Shown here piece by piece: positions 38,022 through 51,949 of a stretch of DNA of 64,000 bases. The DNA is from Mobula hypostoma (taxonomy: Eukaryota): positions 122,080,001 through 122,144,000 of the forward strand of contig NC_086097.1 of NCBI RefSeq assembly GCF_963921235.1, given 5' to 3'. The notes under the pieces are model-generated. The model was not told the origin of the DNA. It saw only the letters and a list, made by a program, of their open reading frames with translations, and searched no databases. A program made the position numbers and the translations under genes. Numbering within the stretch: the first letter of the stretch is position 1; each line of letters starts with the position of its first letter.

Positions 38022-39068
38022 AAATACATGAGATTCTGCAGATGCTGGAAATCCAAATCAATACACACTTATGCTGGTGGCTGGTAAAAAGACCCTTACC
38101 AGGAAATAGTTATCACAGGAGAGCCCAACTCTAAATGTATGGATGGAAATTATAATGGACATTTACAAATTGGAGAAGATAACAGCATCTGTTAATCATA
38201 AATTGGAACAATTTTATTCATACTGCAAAAATAGCTTAACTACATAACACCTCATAGGCCTGATTTTATTCTCACAAGTCAATGAATATGCTGTAAAAAA
38301 AAGATCACTCCCTACTTTGTACATAGTTTTCTTCGTTCGATTGTTCTTTCTTTCCTCTCCTTTCTGTAAGTGTATACCTCAGATAAATATTATGTGGAGA
38401 TTTGTGACAAATATGATTATATGATATATATGTACAGTATCTGAAATACATCTTATGGAAATGTTTGTTTGATGATAAAATTCAATAAAAAATAAATTAC
38501 AAAAGAAAATGCTGGAGAAACTCATCAGGTCAGACAGCATCTATGGAGGGGAATAAACAGTCTACATTTCGAGCCGAGACTGTTCATCAGGACTGGAATG
38601 GAAGGAGGCCGGAGCCAAAAAAAAAGGTGGTGGTGGGGAGGGGAAGGAGTACATGTTAGAAGATGAAAGGTGAAGCCAGGAGAAGGGGACAAGTGGGTGT
38701 GTGGGGGAGGGGAAATGAAGTGAGAAGCTGGGTGGTGATAGGTGAAAGAAGTAAAGGGCTGAAGAAGGAGGAATCTGATAGGAGAGGAGAGTAGACCATG
38801 GGAGAAAGGGAACAAGGAGCGGCACTACAAGGAGGTGATGGACAGGTGAAGAGAATGGAAAGGAAAGAAAATGAGGTGTTGCTGCTCCAAACTGAGACTA
38901 GCCTCATCGATCACCTAGTTTGTACTCCTTCCACTCCCCCACCTTCTTACTCTGAATTCTTCCCCTGCCTTTTCAGTCCTGGTAAAGGGTGTCAGTGTGA
39001 AATGTCAACTGTTTATTCTTTACCATAAGTGCTGCCTGTGCTAAGCTCCCCCAGCATTTTGTGTGTGT
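38022..39068 (-). mobile_element. Penelope fragment with inverted terminal copy (about 38935-39068); hammerhead-like motif 38558-38595 (-)
   Basis: Minus strand CAGTC-CTGATGA...CGAAATGTA-GACTG. Confidence 0.7.
38069..38508 (+). mobile_element. L1-clade LINE 3' end nested in Penelope
   Basis: AGKKTLTRK*LSQESPTLNVWMEIIMDIYKLEK; AATAAA and A-rich tail. Confidence 0.75.
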
Positions 39069-39669
39069 AGACTGACCCTGTATGAATCAGGCTTATCTAA
39101 CAATGAGCACCTCAAAGCATTGGGGAGACAGCATCAGTGCTGTCTCCACAACATTAGCCACATCCATTAGCCGGGCAGATGAATAGCTATCAGCCTTCAT
39201 TACCAGGTCAGCTTTGTCAACAGTGAGGCCCTTATTAAGCTTCGTCATCTCCAGTCAGCAAGCCAAATTGCTTCTACCCCTGGCATCAGACACACAAAAA
39301 TAGATGGTCTATTTCAAGCTCCATTACACCACAAAATGACTGAGTGAACAGAGGAAACTAAAATTAAAAATGCTTTCAAAGCCTCCTCCAAAAAGTGCTG
39401 CAAGCCCATATGGAGAATAAATATTCAGAAAAGCAATGCCAAGCACGAGTCCATGTATTTAGAGCATACCGAGACCCGATGTAAACAGTGGATGGAGACT
39501 GAACTTCCTGCTGGCCCATCCTGTGAAGAATCAACTACCCCCACTCTGGCAGCGTCTGAAAGCCCCACCATGGTACAACCTCAGAATTATAGTAGAAGAA
39601 AGTCATTTCTTTTACATCAAACTAAAGTTGATTCACATTGAATAAAAGCCATTAACAAGGATAAGCTGT

Positions 39670-39796
39670 GCAAACAACAGGAATTCTGCAGATGCTGGAA
39701 ATTCAAGCAACACACATCAAAGTTGCTGGTGAACGCAGCAGGCCAGGCAGCATCTCTAGGAAGAGATACAGTCGACGTTTCAGGCTGAGACCCTTC
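39670..39796 (-). mobile_element. Penelope terminus, truncated within the hammerhead
   Basis: Near-identical to the reverse complement of about 8963-9090. Confidence 0.8.
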
Positions 39797-39917
39797 TGCT
39801 TTTTCATTCTCAAATTCAATGTCAATGCATTAAGTAGTTTTCTTTTATTATATAGCTTAAAATCAACAGGACTGTTGTTTTTATGTGGAATTATGTAGCC
39901 CCATCCTCCAAGAGAAC

Positions 39918-40275
39918 TACAAGCTTGCCATGGTTTGGAGGCTTGCATGCCTCAGTGACTTGGAGAGTTATGTTGGTTGGAGTCAGGGCTTTCTGCTTTG
40001 GCTCTTGGTAGGATCATCCATTGCAAACTGGTCAGAGGGTAGAGGACAGACTAAGAGTAGTCCACCAATCCTCTAGGTTTGGCGGTTCAGCTCAGGCCTA
40101 ACAACCCAGACTGGTCAAACAAAACTGTTACGGAAACAGCAATGCAGAATTCTTCAATATCTGTGTTCCTGAGTCTCCACCTGACAGTAAACCGAATGAA
40201 AGCTACTGACACAATAAAGGAAGCAGAGAATGCTGCCAAAGATGAAGGGCCTTCATTGCTCCCTAAATGCCAGCA
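39918..40275 (+). mobile_element. RTE-like 5' UTR fragment
   Basis: cttgccatggtttggaggcttgcatgcctcagtgacttggagagttatg...; related to 10800. Confidence 0.5.
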
Positions 40276-40329
40276 GTGTAGCAGGCAAAACAAGAGTGTT
40301 CCCCCTGCCCCATCCCCCGGTGTCGTACG

Positions 40330-41239
40330 CCACTACAATAGTTGAAAGGCTTCCTCACTCAACCCTTCCGCGCCAGTAACAGAAGGACCCTATATTGTGG
40401 TCCTCCCCCATCGAGCCCTTGCAGTGGTTGCAAAAGTTTCAGTGTGTCCCTCAGGATGTATTGCTGCAGTCTGGAATGTGCCTGTCAGCAGCGTTCCTCT
40501 ACGGACATCTCAATGTGCTGGCAGATCACCAAACTGATGATCTTCCAGCAAAGCTTGATGTCCGTCTCTGTCTGTCCTCTAAGAACAACCAATAAATCAG
40601 AGAGTCCACTGTCAAGCAGATGCTGGGGATGAAGCGGGACACAGACCCCTGCAATCTTCTCCATACCCACAGTCCAGAAAGAGGATTCCAATTCTTCCCA
40701 CTCCCCCTTCTGCTTGTAGATGAGGGTAATGATGCCCTTCGTTATGGTGTCTGACATGCTGCCAGCTAGAAGCATAGTGTTGCACACTTCCAGCAAGTCT
40801 GGGCCCATCCAGTCCCACAGAGCCGAATGTAACTCAGCGGGTAAGCTGTCGCTTCTGGGAGCTTTATTCAATTCAAAGGAACAGGTAGAGTCAGTAAGCT
40901 CCTCCAGGGTCACTGGGTGGACCAGACACTCCCACTTGCTGGCATCTAACATCTCTATGATACAGAGCAGAAAATTCTGGAAGGCTGTGCTGTCTTGGCC
41001 TTCCTGTTCTAAATATTGCATAGAAGGATCTGCAGATCCTCAGCCTTGAGGAAGAAAGTCTTCTTAAGCCTGAGGGTTGTCTGGAAAAGAGAATGGTGAG
41101 TATGAATGACTGTTTGTAACCATCTCCTGGATCCTCTCTCCCTTTTAATCAAAACTCTCTGATTTATGGATTGTTCCCAGGGACACACAATATGGACGGA
41201 TATCAAATGCTATCGTCAGTGAAAGATGCTCTTCGGTTT
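40330..41239. mobile_element. Tx1-type LINE fragments (minus about 40330-41080; plus about 41140-41239, continuing at 43984)
   Basis: NKAPRSDSLPAEL...KGIITLIYKQKG; VKDALRFAQNFLVSQH across the Gypsy insertion. Confidence 0.7.
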
Positions 41240-43978
41240 TGTTACGTTTTGTAACTAACTTCAAGACATTAAACTAATTCATTACATTGTAGCATCATGA
41301 CTTATGAGATTCATATTTATATATACATGTAACCCATAGTCAATTATTTAAACATACAAGAGTGCTTAATGAATCAATATATATATATACAAGCTTACTT
41401 AAATATTCCTGAAATTTTAAACACACAACACTCCTCCTTTCTTAGCTATAAACTCCAACTCAATAGTAAATACATTTCAACTATATATGTACATGGTATA
41501 TTATATAATACAACTACTACACACAATTCCATTCCATAGTATGCTAAATTTAATATTGTCCTATTCAGACCTAAAGATTTAATCACTGTGGAGGATTTCT
41601 TACTCTTGTAGGATAATGTCTTTCTTGACAGGGGAGTTCCCTCTTCTTGGCAGATGAGACTTGTGGAGGAGGTTCTGGGGCCTCCCACGTGGTGGTTGTA
41701 GGAGTTGATTCTGAGACTGCAAGAAGTGGTCCTGACAACTCTAGACACCTTTCTTCTCCTTCCTTTTTCTTCTTCTGGTTTGTGTATCTGGAACTTGGAA
41801 AGGTGCATTTAGTTCACTGGAGTATTCTCTTATTAATCCTTCTATTGTTCCATTTACAATCTGATCTCTCCTCTTGGTTTCCTTATCCACAACATCACCT
41901 GTCTAATCCTCTGTTGTCATAACTCATTAATTCCTTTCTGTTTGGCTTTCCATTTATCCAGCTGGGTGTTGGTCTTTGCATTTACTTTTACAAGCAACTT
42001 TTTGTCTATCACTTGAAGGTCACACAGCAATGGTGCATACAGTGTAGATTCTGGTTCTTCATCTTCACAAAAGCTGAAAGCTTGCAACTTTCCTGAAGCT
42101 GCTTGAACTTATCATGAAGTTTAAAACTAAGCCACTATTTGCAAGTAACTGTCTGTTCAACCTATCAGAAGCTTTCTCGACATGCTGACCACTGCTTTTG
42201 ACACTTTCATGATTCCCTTGAGCAGTATGGCCCTTCCTTGGTTCAATATGCTTTCCAACCGGGGCAGAGGTTGGCACAAACACCTATTAGTTCTCTGTTG
42301 GAAAATGGTTCATGGTGTTCAGTGTGGAGACAGTTGTGGCATCATCCAGTATCTTTCTTATTTTACTATCAGTTGACTCTGTTGCAGAGGATGTGGCATG
42401 TAAATGGTGGATGGATCTCCAATCAAGTTTTAGTTGTCTCAGCTAATCATGCCCCTGCAATGCAGCCCTCCTGTTTTGTACCACATACAAGCTCAATGTG
42501 GCTTGTTGGTTGCTATATTTCACTGTCATGAATTTAATGTCATTCCCTCAGGAGTTATCTTTTAACCAGTGAAAGATCTTAGCTAGATATCTGCAGGCTT
42601 CAGTTTGTATCTTTGAAATACCTCTCAAACTCATTTTGTAGAATGACTGAAACAGTTGAACCGGTGTCTAATTCCATTTTAATTAATTTGCCATTCACTT
42701 CTGGTATAAGTAATATTGCTTGTCTAATGCTAGTTCTTCACATTGTAAATCTCAAGGCTACTCAGTCCTGTGTAAATCTCATCATTAACAGATTTTTCAA
42801 CAACAGCATGCAGATTAGTGCTCTTCTTGAAACTGCACTTCACTTTTTAGCTTCTTCTCTTCTCTGTGCAGACAATTTATTTTTGTCTTCCCAACATATT
42901 CTTTGTAGGCGTCCTGCTTTGCTGCATTTTCTGCAAGTTTCACCTTTAAATCTGCATCAGTCTGGTGTACCTGAGCCGCTGTTGCATTGGTAACACAATT
43001 TGTTTGGCCAGGCCAGCTTCTGCTTAAGTGCAGCAATCTTGTTTATGCTCATTTTCATTCCTGACTGCAACTCAATTGCATCTCTGTCTGCTATTTCCGT
43101 TGATACAGCAATTTCAACTGCTCACTTCAATGTGAGCTGTGCTTCAATTAGGAGCCATTTTTGAATGCTTTCTTGTAAGATTCCACAAACTAAATGATCT
43201 CTCAGAGCATAATTAAGACCATTACTGAACTCACAATGCTCAGATAACTTCTTCAATTCAGCCATGTGTGCTGAAATGGACTCCCATTCCTTTTGATTCC
43301 ACTCATGAACTCTAAAGCATTCTGTAAACAACAATGACTTTGGTTCGAAATGAGCAAAGCAGTCAAACTTTGAAGTATTCTGTAAGCCTTTAAACCCAAT
43401 GCATTCAGCAAAATTAGGACTTGTTTTCACTGTCTATTTCATTTGCTTCAAAATACTGTTGAATTTGTTCAGTAAATAAAATCCGGTTATCTGTTGTGTA
43501 ATCAAACATGTCTATCTTTCCAATGTAACCAGCCATTTCTACTGTTTTTTTATGATTACTATCACCCGGTACTTACTGTTTATGAACCTGTAAATTCTTC
43601 TGTTTACTGCCTTTCTTCAACTCAACAGTCTCTGCACATGCTGAGCTGCATTTTTCACTTGCTATTCCTCACTGAGTTTCTTTTACTTTGAACATCTTGC
43701 TGTGTTTCAACAGGTTGATAGCTATCCTGGGTCTGTTTTAAAAATACCTCATTGCCAATGTTATGTTTTGTAACGTTAAAACATTAAACTAATTCAAAGC
43801 AGACATGGGAGTCCAAAATTTGAGTCTAACTTTGAGTTTATCTTAAGTGCATGCATATATCATGGTAGCATCATGACGTATGCACTCAAAATGAATTATT
43901 TAAATAAACAAGAATGGTTAATCAACCAATATATATACAAAATTACTCAAATATTACTGAAATATTAAATACACGAAC
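41240..43978 (-). mobile_element. Degenerate Gypsy (Mag-like) LTR retrotransposon, internally deleted
   Basis: LTRs 41240-41430 and 43759-43978; TSD GGTTT; PBS TGGCAATGAGG (tRNA-Ser-like) 43747-43757; PPT from 41431; gag AELKKLSEHCEF..LRDHLVCGI; protease MELDTGS. Confidence 0.85.
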
Positions 43979-44317
43979 GGTTTGCTCAAAATTTCCTCGT
44001 CTCCCAGCACAGCAAGCTGTCTATAAGGGGATGATGCTGACTGTTAGGAACTGTTAGGATGAGAAACAGCTTCCTCCCTCAGGCCTACTGAACCCCTTGC
44101 CACCACCCAGATCTCATCATGTATGAAGCACTAGTAGTGTAATACTGCTTTAATGATTCCACTTGTGTTGTAAATGCTTCTTATGGTTTGTTAATTTATT
44201 TATGGTAATATTACTTTATGTGTTGTGTGCACATTGGTCCAGAGGAACTTGATTTCATTAGGTGGTATATAGGAGTATGGCTGAATGAAAATAAACTGAA
44301 CTTGAACTTGATCTAAT

Positions 44318-44880
44318 AGAACATAGAACACAGAAATCTGCAGCACATTACAGGCCCTTCGGCCCACAATGTTGTGGCGACCATGAAATCTACCATACAA
44401 TCTGCCGAGAATTTCCCTACTGCATAGCCCTCTATTTTCCTATTCTCCATGTACCTAACTGAGTTTCTTAAAAGACCCTGTTGTACCCACCTCCACTACC
44501 ATGGCCGGCGCTCTGTGTGAAAAACTTACTTCTGACAACCCCCTTGTACCTAGACCGCTACAGCACAGCACAGTCCATTCGACCCATGATGTTGTGATGA
44601 TCTTTTAACCTCCTAAAGATCATTCTAGCCCTCCATTTTGTCTATCGTCCATGTGCCTATTTAAGAGTTCATAAATGGCCCTAATGTATCACTCTCGAAC
44701 ATGACACAGGGCAGGGCTTTCCATGCACTCATTACTCTCTGTGTAAGAAACCTACCTCTGACATCCCCTGATACTTTCCTCCAATCACCTTAACATTTTA
44801 TGCTCTTCTTTTACCCATTTTCATCCTGTAGAAAAGTATCTGGCTGTCCACTCTACCCATGCCGCTATCATGTTGCAAAT
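44318..44880 (-). mobile_element. Two CR1/HE1-type 3' tails
   Basis: agaacatagaac...acaggcccttcggcccacaatgttgtg. Confidence 0.65.
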
Positions 44881-44973
44881 CACCTATAATGTTGGATTGG
44901 ACTGTAGGATTATTATTTTTCTTGCAGTTTAACTTTCCTATGCTTGCTTGCATTTTATATAATCACCTACGTA

Positions 44974-46595
44974 CAGTGCCTATAAAAAGTATTCAACCCT
45001 CCCCCCCAAGAAGTCTCCATGTTTTATAGTCTTACAGCATTGAATGACAGTGGATTTAATTTGACTTTTTTGACACTAATCAACAGAAATAGATTCATCT
45101 GTGTCAAAGTGAAAACAATCTCTACAAAGTGATCTTAATTAATTACAAATATAAAACACAAAATAATTGATTCCATAAGTATTCACCTGCTTCAAGTCAG
45201 TATTTAGTAGATGCACCTTTGGCAGCAATTACAGTCTTGAGACTGTGTAGATTGGTTTCTGTCAGCTTTGCACATCTGCACAATGCACATTGCAAAAATT
45301 TGCACAATGCAATTTTTCCCCATTCTTCTTTACAAGACTGCTCAAGCTCTGTCAGATTGTGCGGGCATTGTGAGTGAACGACCCTTTTCAAGTTTAGCCA
45401 AAAATTCTCAATTGGATTCTGACTTGGCCACTCCAGGACACTAACTTTGTTTTTAAGCCATTCCTTTGTAGCCTTGGCTTTAGGCTTGGGGTCATTGTCT
45501 TGCTGGAAGACAAATCTTCTCCCATATTGCAGTTCTCTTGCAGACTGCACCAGGCTTTCCTCCAGGATATCCCTGTATTTTGCAGTATTCACTTTACCCT
45601 CTACTTTCTCAAGCCTTCAAGGGCCTACTGCAGTGAAGCATCCCCACAGCATGATGTAGCCACCACTGTGCTTCACGGCAGGGACGGCGTGTTTTTGATG
45701 TGTTTTGTGCAAAGTGCTTAGTCTGATGGCCAAAAAGCTCAAATTTGGTTTCATCAGACCATAGAACCTTCTTCTTGCTGACTTGAGAGTTTCCCACCTG
45801 CTTCTGTCAAACTTTAGCCAAGATTTCATGTGAGTTTTTTCAACAGTAGCATTCTTTTTGCCACTGTCCCATAAAGCTGTGACTGGTGAAATACCTGGAC
45901 AACAGTTGTTGGATCTACAGTCTCTCCTATCTCAGCCACTGAAGCTTGTAGCTCCTCCAGAGTTGTCATAGGTCTCTGGGTGACCTCCCTCGCTAGACCC
46001 CTTCTTGCACAGCCACTCAGTTTTTGAGGATGTCCTGCTCTAAGCAGATATACAGTTGTGTCATATTCTTTCCATTTCTTGATAATTGACGTAACTATTC
46101 TCCAAGGGATATTAAATGACTTGGAAATTTTCTTGTATCCATATCTTGACTTGTGCTTTTCAATAACCTTTTTGCAGAGTTGCTTGGAGTGTTCTATAGT
46201 CTTCATGGTGTGGTTTTTGCCAGGATACTGACTCACCAGCGGTTAGACCGTCCAGATACAGGAGTATTTTTACTACAATCAGTTGAAACACCTTGACTGC
46301 ACACAGCTCTCCAAAAACAGATCACCACTTAACTAATTATGTGACTTGTAAAACCAGTTTTGATTTTGTGTGTCATATTAAAGGGCCGTGAATACTTATG
46401 CAATCAACTATTCTGTGTTTTATATTTGTGTTTAATTTAGATTACTTTATAGAGATCTGTTTTCACTTTGACACAAAAGACTCTTTTTCTATTGATCAGT
46501 GTCAAAAAAGCCAAATTAAATCCACTGTGATTCAATGGTGTAAAACAATAAAACATGAAAACTTCCGGGGGGGTGAATACTTTTTATAGGCACTG
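44974..46595 (-). mobile_element. Full-length Passport-like Tc1 transposon with frameshifted transposase (about 45197-46209)
   Basis: TA-flanked TIRs CAGTGCCTATAAAAAGTATTCA; MKTIEHSKQL...WSDETK...QQDNDPK...AAKGASTKY. Confidence 0.92.
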
Positions 46596-46607
46596 TACAT
46601 ATGACTC

Positions 46608-46706
46608 TGTCCTGATGAAGTATCTTGGCTCGAAACAATGACTGTTTACTCTTTTCCATAGATACTGCCTAGCCTGCTGAGTTCCTCCAGCATTTTGTGT
46701 ATATTG
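46608..46706 (+). mobile_element. Penelope terminus with decayed hammerhead
   Basis: GTCCTGATGAAG...CGAAACAATGAC. Confidence 0.65.
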
Positions 46707-46934
46707 CATACATATGATTGTTCAGTAAATTTTCCAGTAATTATAGTTCTGTTGCTTCTGTATTTCTCTAGAAGCTTCACCGCTTGAATATGACTATTTA
46801 ATAGGTTAAATGTTATCATTGGAATTGTTGTGCTATCTCTAGGTTGTGTTGGGATGAGCACAGCCTCTTTTTCCTTTGTCGTTTCTTTGTTCTCTCAGCT
46901 CATTTCTCTCAGTAATTTTTAGTATGCCAACAAA

Positions 46935-47365
46935 GGCTCCAGCAAGTTTCTGCAGATGTACCATGGAGAGCATTCCAGCTGGTTGCTTCACCGCCTGGTA
47001 TGGAGGGGCTACCACACAGGATTAGAAAAAGCTGCAGAAAGTTGTAAACTCATCCAGCTCCATCATGGACACTAGCCTCCCCAGCATCAAGGATATCTTC
47101 AAAAGGCGATGTCTCAAAAAGGTGGTACCCAAAACCCAGGACATGACCTGCTCTCATTTCTACCATCATGGAGGACATACAGGAGCCTGAATACACACAC
47201 ACAATGTTCTAGGATCAGCTTCTTTCCCTCCACTATTAAAACATCAGATTTCTTAATGGACAATGAACCCATGCACAATAGCTCACAACAGATTTTTTAC
47301 ATTGTATATTGTACTGCTGCAAAATAACAAAATTTCACAACAAATGCCAGTGATATTAAACCAGA
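46935..47365 (+). mobile_element. Rex/Babar LINE 3' end
   Basis: ESIPAGCFTAWYG; ISFFPSTI. Confidence 0.7.
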
Positions 47366-49122
47366 TGTTGATCTTTTTTGTTTGTTTTCTGCTCTTGCAA
47401 CATTTAATAAAATGGCCCTAAGCAACATTTTATGATTCTTTCTTGATTTCTGAAGAAGCTCTGAATCGCAAAAAGCATCTGGACCCAACACTAATGTGGG
47501 ATTCTGCCAAATGGAAAGCCCGACTGTCCGAATCATTCAGCTAGATTACTATCCTAGAATTCTCATTAGCATCCTCGGTATAATTCCTTGACGCACTATA
47601 AATTGGCACTTCATTTTGCGTGGGTCTTTTTGTCGCTTGTTGATGCATAGCTCATGCTGCCTGGAGAATTCGCCTAAGTGGTAATTTTATGGGCACATTC
47701 AAATTAAACCTACTGATTTCTGAGTCTCCTAATCAGATCAACCAGCATAAAAAAGTAGACCAGCATTTATATTGAACACTTTAAGTCCCTTTTAAGAAAG
47801 TCCCAAAGCACTTAATAGCACGTCACAAGAGGCTATTCTGATAAAGGAAACATTGCAGTCAAATTTATTCATCACCAGCTCCCATAATCAGGAAATTGGG
47901 AACAGAGTTAATCTGTTGACTGAGGGATAAATATTCAGGGATACAGTAGTAAAATCCCTTGTTGATAAATACGAACAGCTAATGAAAAAAGAGCTTGGAT
48001 TCAGATTCTGATTTATCAGTTGTAAAGTGAAATGCATCATTTGCATTAATACCCAAGGGTGTGCTGGGGACATCTCTCAAGTGTTGCCACACATTCCAGT
48101 CCCAAACATACCCACAATGCTCAGCAGAACAACAGAGAACACAACAAGCAATGAAACAACAAAAGCAAAGTAAGTCCTTTTCCTCCCTCTGGCCGACTCA
48201 TACACGTGGGCAGTACTCCAAATCCTGTCTCCAGTCTCCAGGATTTGGTCATCGGGCTTCAACTTCTGGACTTCCAATCAATATTTGGGGTTCAATCTTC
48301 ATCACTGACCCCTGAACTTCATGTGCACAAACTGACCAGCCCTTGATCTTCTTGGACCTTCATCTCCTGTCCACTTTGCTGGCTTTCGGGTGCAGAACAG
48401 AACAGTTGACTGTGGATGTCACTATCACTGAACCACATCACTGCTGTCTCCTTTTTCACTGGTCCACATCACTAGACTTCAGATGTGGAACACAGAGTGC
48501 AGAGTGGAGGTCTGGTCTCTAACTCCTCTACATCCTGGTCCCTAAACACTAATCTGACCTCGAGTTCTCCCACAACACTGTCACTAAACCCGAACCTGGA
48601 TCCTAACCCCATCTCTGTCCCCAAAACCATTTGTAAAACCTTAAAAAAATAACTGAGTCTGAGCCACAAACTCAACAAGACCAGCGCCATCTTGAGAAGA
48701 AAACAAGTGTTCCCTAACCTGCTCATAATCTTCAATCCCCACTCAATCCAATGCAGTTACAGATCTTGTACCCTGTTTAGCAAATCTCTGCTGTTGGATT
48801 CCATGGAAAATCTAAAATAAGGAAAATGTTTTGAAAGATCATGATGACAATGCAAAAAGTGAACTGCAAAATCACACCTGGGCCTTGGATTGTACTCCAT
48901 CTTGACAATGAAGAAAGATAAGATGCGATTGAGGGTGCAGTCAGCATGGAGGTGCAGATTTACTGCTAGCTGATTTCATGGAATGATCTTTTGTTAATGT
49001 ACAAAAGCTTATGTGATCTTTGTGATAACACAGACCAAGCCTGATAGTTTACTTCTGAGTGGCCTGCTTGGAGTTGCATAGAATCCCCATTTCATTAGCG
49101 TGAATCCTAAACTCAGGAAATG

Positions 49123-49304
49123 TACTCAGTGGCCACTTTATTAGGTACACCTGCTCATTAATGCAAGTATCTAATTAGCCAATCATGTAGCAGCAACACA
49201 ATGCAGAAAAGCATGCTGTCATGGTCAAGAGGTTCAGTTGTTGTTCAGCCCAAACATCAGAATGGGAAGAAATATGAGATACCTAATAAAATGGCCACTG
49301 AGTG
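49123..49304. mobile_element. Internally deleted copy of the Tc1-like MITE
   Basis: ACTCAGTGGCCACTTTATTAGGTA / TACCTAATAAAATGGCCACTGAGT. Confidence 0.8.
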
Positions 49305-49825
49305 TATTTGGCTTTAATCTCAATTTGGGTAGTTTCATAACACTAAATACCTTTTTAATTCCAACACGTATGGTGGAAAATATAAAGCCAGGTTCAAAGC
49401 AGAACAATAATTGTATAAATATTTGAGACATGGATGACAACATTAAGATTAAAAGTGATTAAACACAGTTTTATCATTATTCAGCTATTTTTGTTCTTTT
49501 TCCAGTCAAGTCAAACATTAAACAGTTGAGGACAAGTGCCTCCTGATTTCTTTCCTGAAATGGAGTCTTTTTCATGGTAACTTAATTGTCGTTTTGAAAT
49601 TGAAGGCAAAGGAATCACAAAGATGGAGCAGTTGGTTGCCATGTCAGAGAGAATATGGTCTAGGAGTACAGGGGTATAAAATAACTGGGACTGATAGGAT
49701 GGCTCAGCTGGGGGTTAGCATGGACTAATTCGGACGAATGGCCTTTGTGCCATAATAACTATCTCATTTAAATGTGTTTAAGTAGTTCTTAAGTGTCACA
49801 AACTTAATATACAAGCAAATTTTAG

Positions 49826-50125
49826 ACCATAAGACAGAGGAACAGAATTAGGCCATTCAGCCCATTGAGTCTGCTCTATCATTCCATCATGGCTGATTTA
49901 TTATCCCATTTGACTCCATTATCTTGCCTTTCCCTGTAACCTTTGATGTCCTTCCAAATCAAAAACCTATCAATCTCTTCTTTAAAATACCCAGTACTTG
50001 GCCTCCACAGACATCTGTGGCAGTGAATTCCATAGATTCACCTCCCACTGGCTCAAGAAATTCCTCCTGTTCGCTATTCTAAAGGGATGTCCTTGTATTC
50101 TGAGGCTGTGCCCTCTGGTCCTACA
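49826..50125 (-). mobile_element. CR1 3' end
   Basis: gaccataagac...attctgaggctgtgccctctggtccta. Confidence 0.75.
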
Positions 50126-50446
50126 ATAGTTAAATACAAAACTGTCAGGTATTTCAATATCCTTGAGGTTTATATCTAATTACTTTGCTTTTAACAGTCA
50201 TTATGACCAATATCCTGAGGACAAAAAAAAAAATCCTGTATTGAAATGCACTCGAAGCGAAAAGCTGTGTATTACAGTCAGTTCTGGTGTTAACATATCA
50301 CATCAGTAGCAAACTACCTACCTAACTACATCATCATGTTAATCTACTCCGGAAGCATAAAGAGAATAGCTGTAATAATCTAATTTCACACTAACTAATT
50401 ATGCTGGTTCAGATCAAAGAGTCAGGCTACACTAAAGCAAAATTAG

Positions 50447-50685
50447 GTGACATGGTAGCATAATGGTTGGCTTAATGTTATTGCAGCAATAGCAACCCAT
50501 GTTAATTTCTGCCACTGTCTGTAAGGAGTTTGTATGTTCTCCCCGTGACCATGTGGGTTTCATCCCACATCCCAAAGATGAATGTGTTAGTAGGTTAACT
50601 GGTCATATGGGTGTAATTGGGAGGTATGGGCTTATTGGGCCAGGAGAGTCTATTACCATGGTGTATCTCTAAATAAATAAATATA
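50447..50685 (+). mobile_element. V-SINE/HE1-like SINE
   Basis: GGTAGCATAATGG A box; V-domain; (TAAA)n tail. Confidence 0.7.
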
Positions 50686-50738
50686 ATAATACTACACCCA
50701 GCACAATCCTCACTGATTTGATGCAAATGTCGTATGTT

Positions 50739-51095
50739 TAGATTATAGATTATGAGGACACTCAGTCCTCGTTTATTGTCATTTAGAAATGCATGCATTA
50801 AAAATGATACAACATTCCTCCAGAATGATATCACAAGAAAACACAGGACAAACCAAGACTAAAACTGACAAAACCACATAATTATAACATGTAGTTACAA
50901 CAGTGCAAAGCAATACCATAATTTGATAAAGAGCAGACCATGGGCACGGTAAAAAAGAAGTCTCAAAGTCCCGATAGACTCATCATCTCATGCGGGCGGT
51001 GGAAGGGAAGAACTCTCCCTGCCATGAACCTCCAAGTGCCGCCAACTTGCAGATGCAGCACCATTGGAAGCACCCGACCGCAGCGAACTCTGAGT
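50739..51095 (-). mobile_element. 5'-truncated copy of the 35272-35940 retroposon
   Basis: Reverse complement match including the 3' hairpin (50754-50770). Confidence 0.8.
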
Positions 51096-51949
51096 TGTTC
51101 ACGATGTTTCAATGTTTTGATGTACATGTGATTAAACTCATCATTCTGAATCAAGCAAACAAAGTTTTAAGTCCCACACTAAGAACTAATACACAGAAGT
51201 ATTAATAACACACTTAAGGTGACTTTGACACGAAAAGATAAAGTGACACGAGGAACTCTTCTGGGTAGCCGCAGTGCTATGAAAACACAGTAGGACAGTG
51301 ACTATGTTAGCGAGGGTATGAGGTGTGTAGTGTAATTGTAAATGTAAAGTGGCAGTGAATTGTGCGTTCAGCAGTCAAGCAATCACCGAGTTGTTTGCAG
51401 CACACAAGATTACGGGCTCACTTCTTTAAGAGGTTACAGATGGACATTGTGTTGAGAGGTGGTTGGTTTCTCCCCTGTCACTCCATTCTCACCAGCCTTG
51501 TAGGCTATTCACTAATCGGAGAAATGTGAATGCTTAAGGCTTCCAAATGATTCATGTTGCTTTTTGCAGCAGCTATCTCCAGCAAAGGAGCCAAACTGGA
51601 CAGCCAGTGTATTCTTGAGATGTGTCCAGGCCGGTAGTACGTTAAGTCTCCAAATCCAGTAAAACTGCTCCCATATAATGGATGGAGATAATTAATCGTG
51701 TGGAACCGTACAGCAGGTATTCCGGCACCATATCACAATGCTCATGGGACCATGTTACCACACTGAGCACACTTAATTGCTCACGGTAATGACACAGTAG
51801 AAGCCTTTGCCCTGAAGCACTGCTGGCCCATTGCACTGGGAGGCACTTAATCATCGCCACTGTACCTGGTTCTCGGAAGAGTGCCCGTCATGCTACCATG
51901 GGTTTCCCCAACACACTTCTATGCTGTACCAGCATTTACTCTGTGAAAG

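Noticed and set aside
39130..39145. CAGTGC loop suggesting an iron-responsive element, or a REST site
   Set aside because: The IRE upper stem does not pair correctly; only a partial REST half-site is present.
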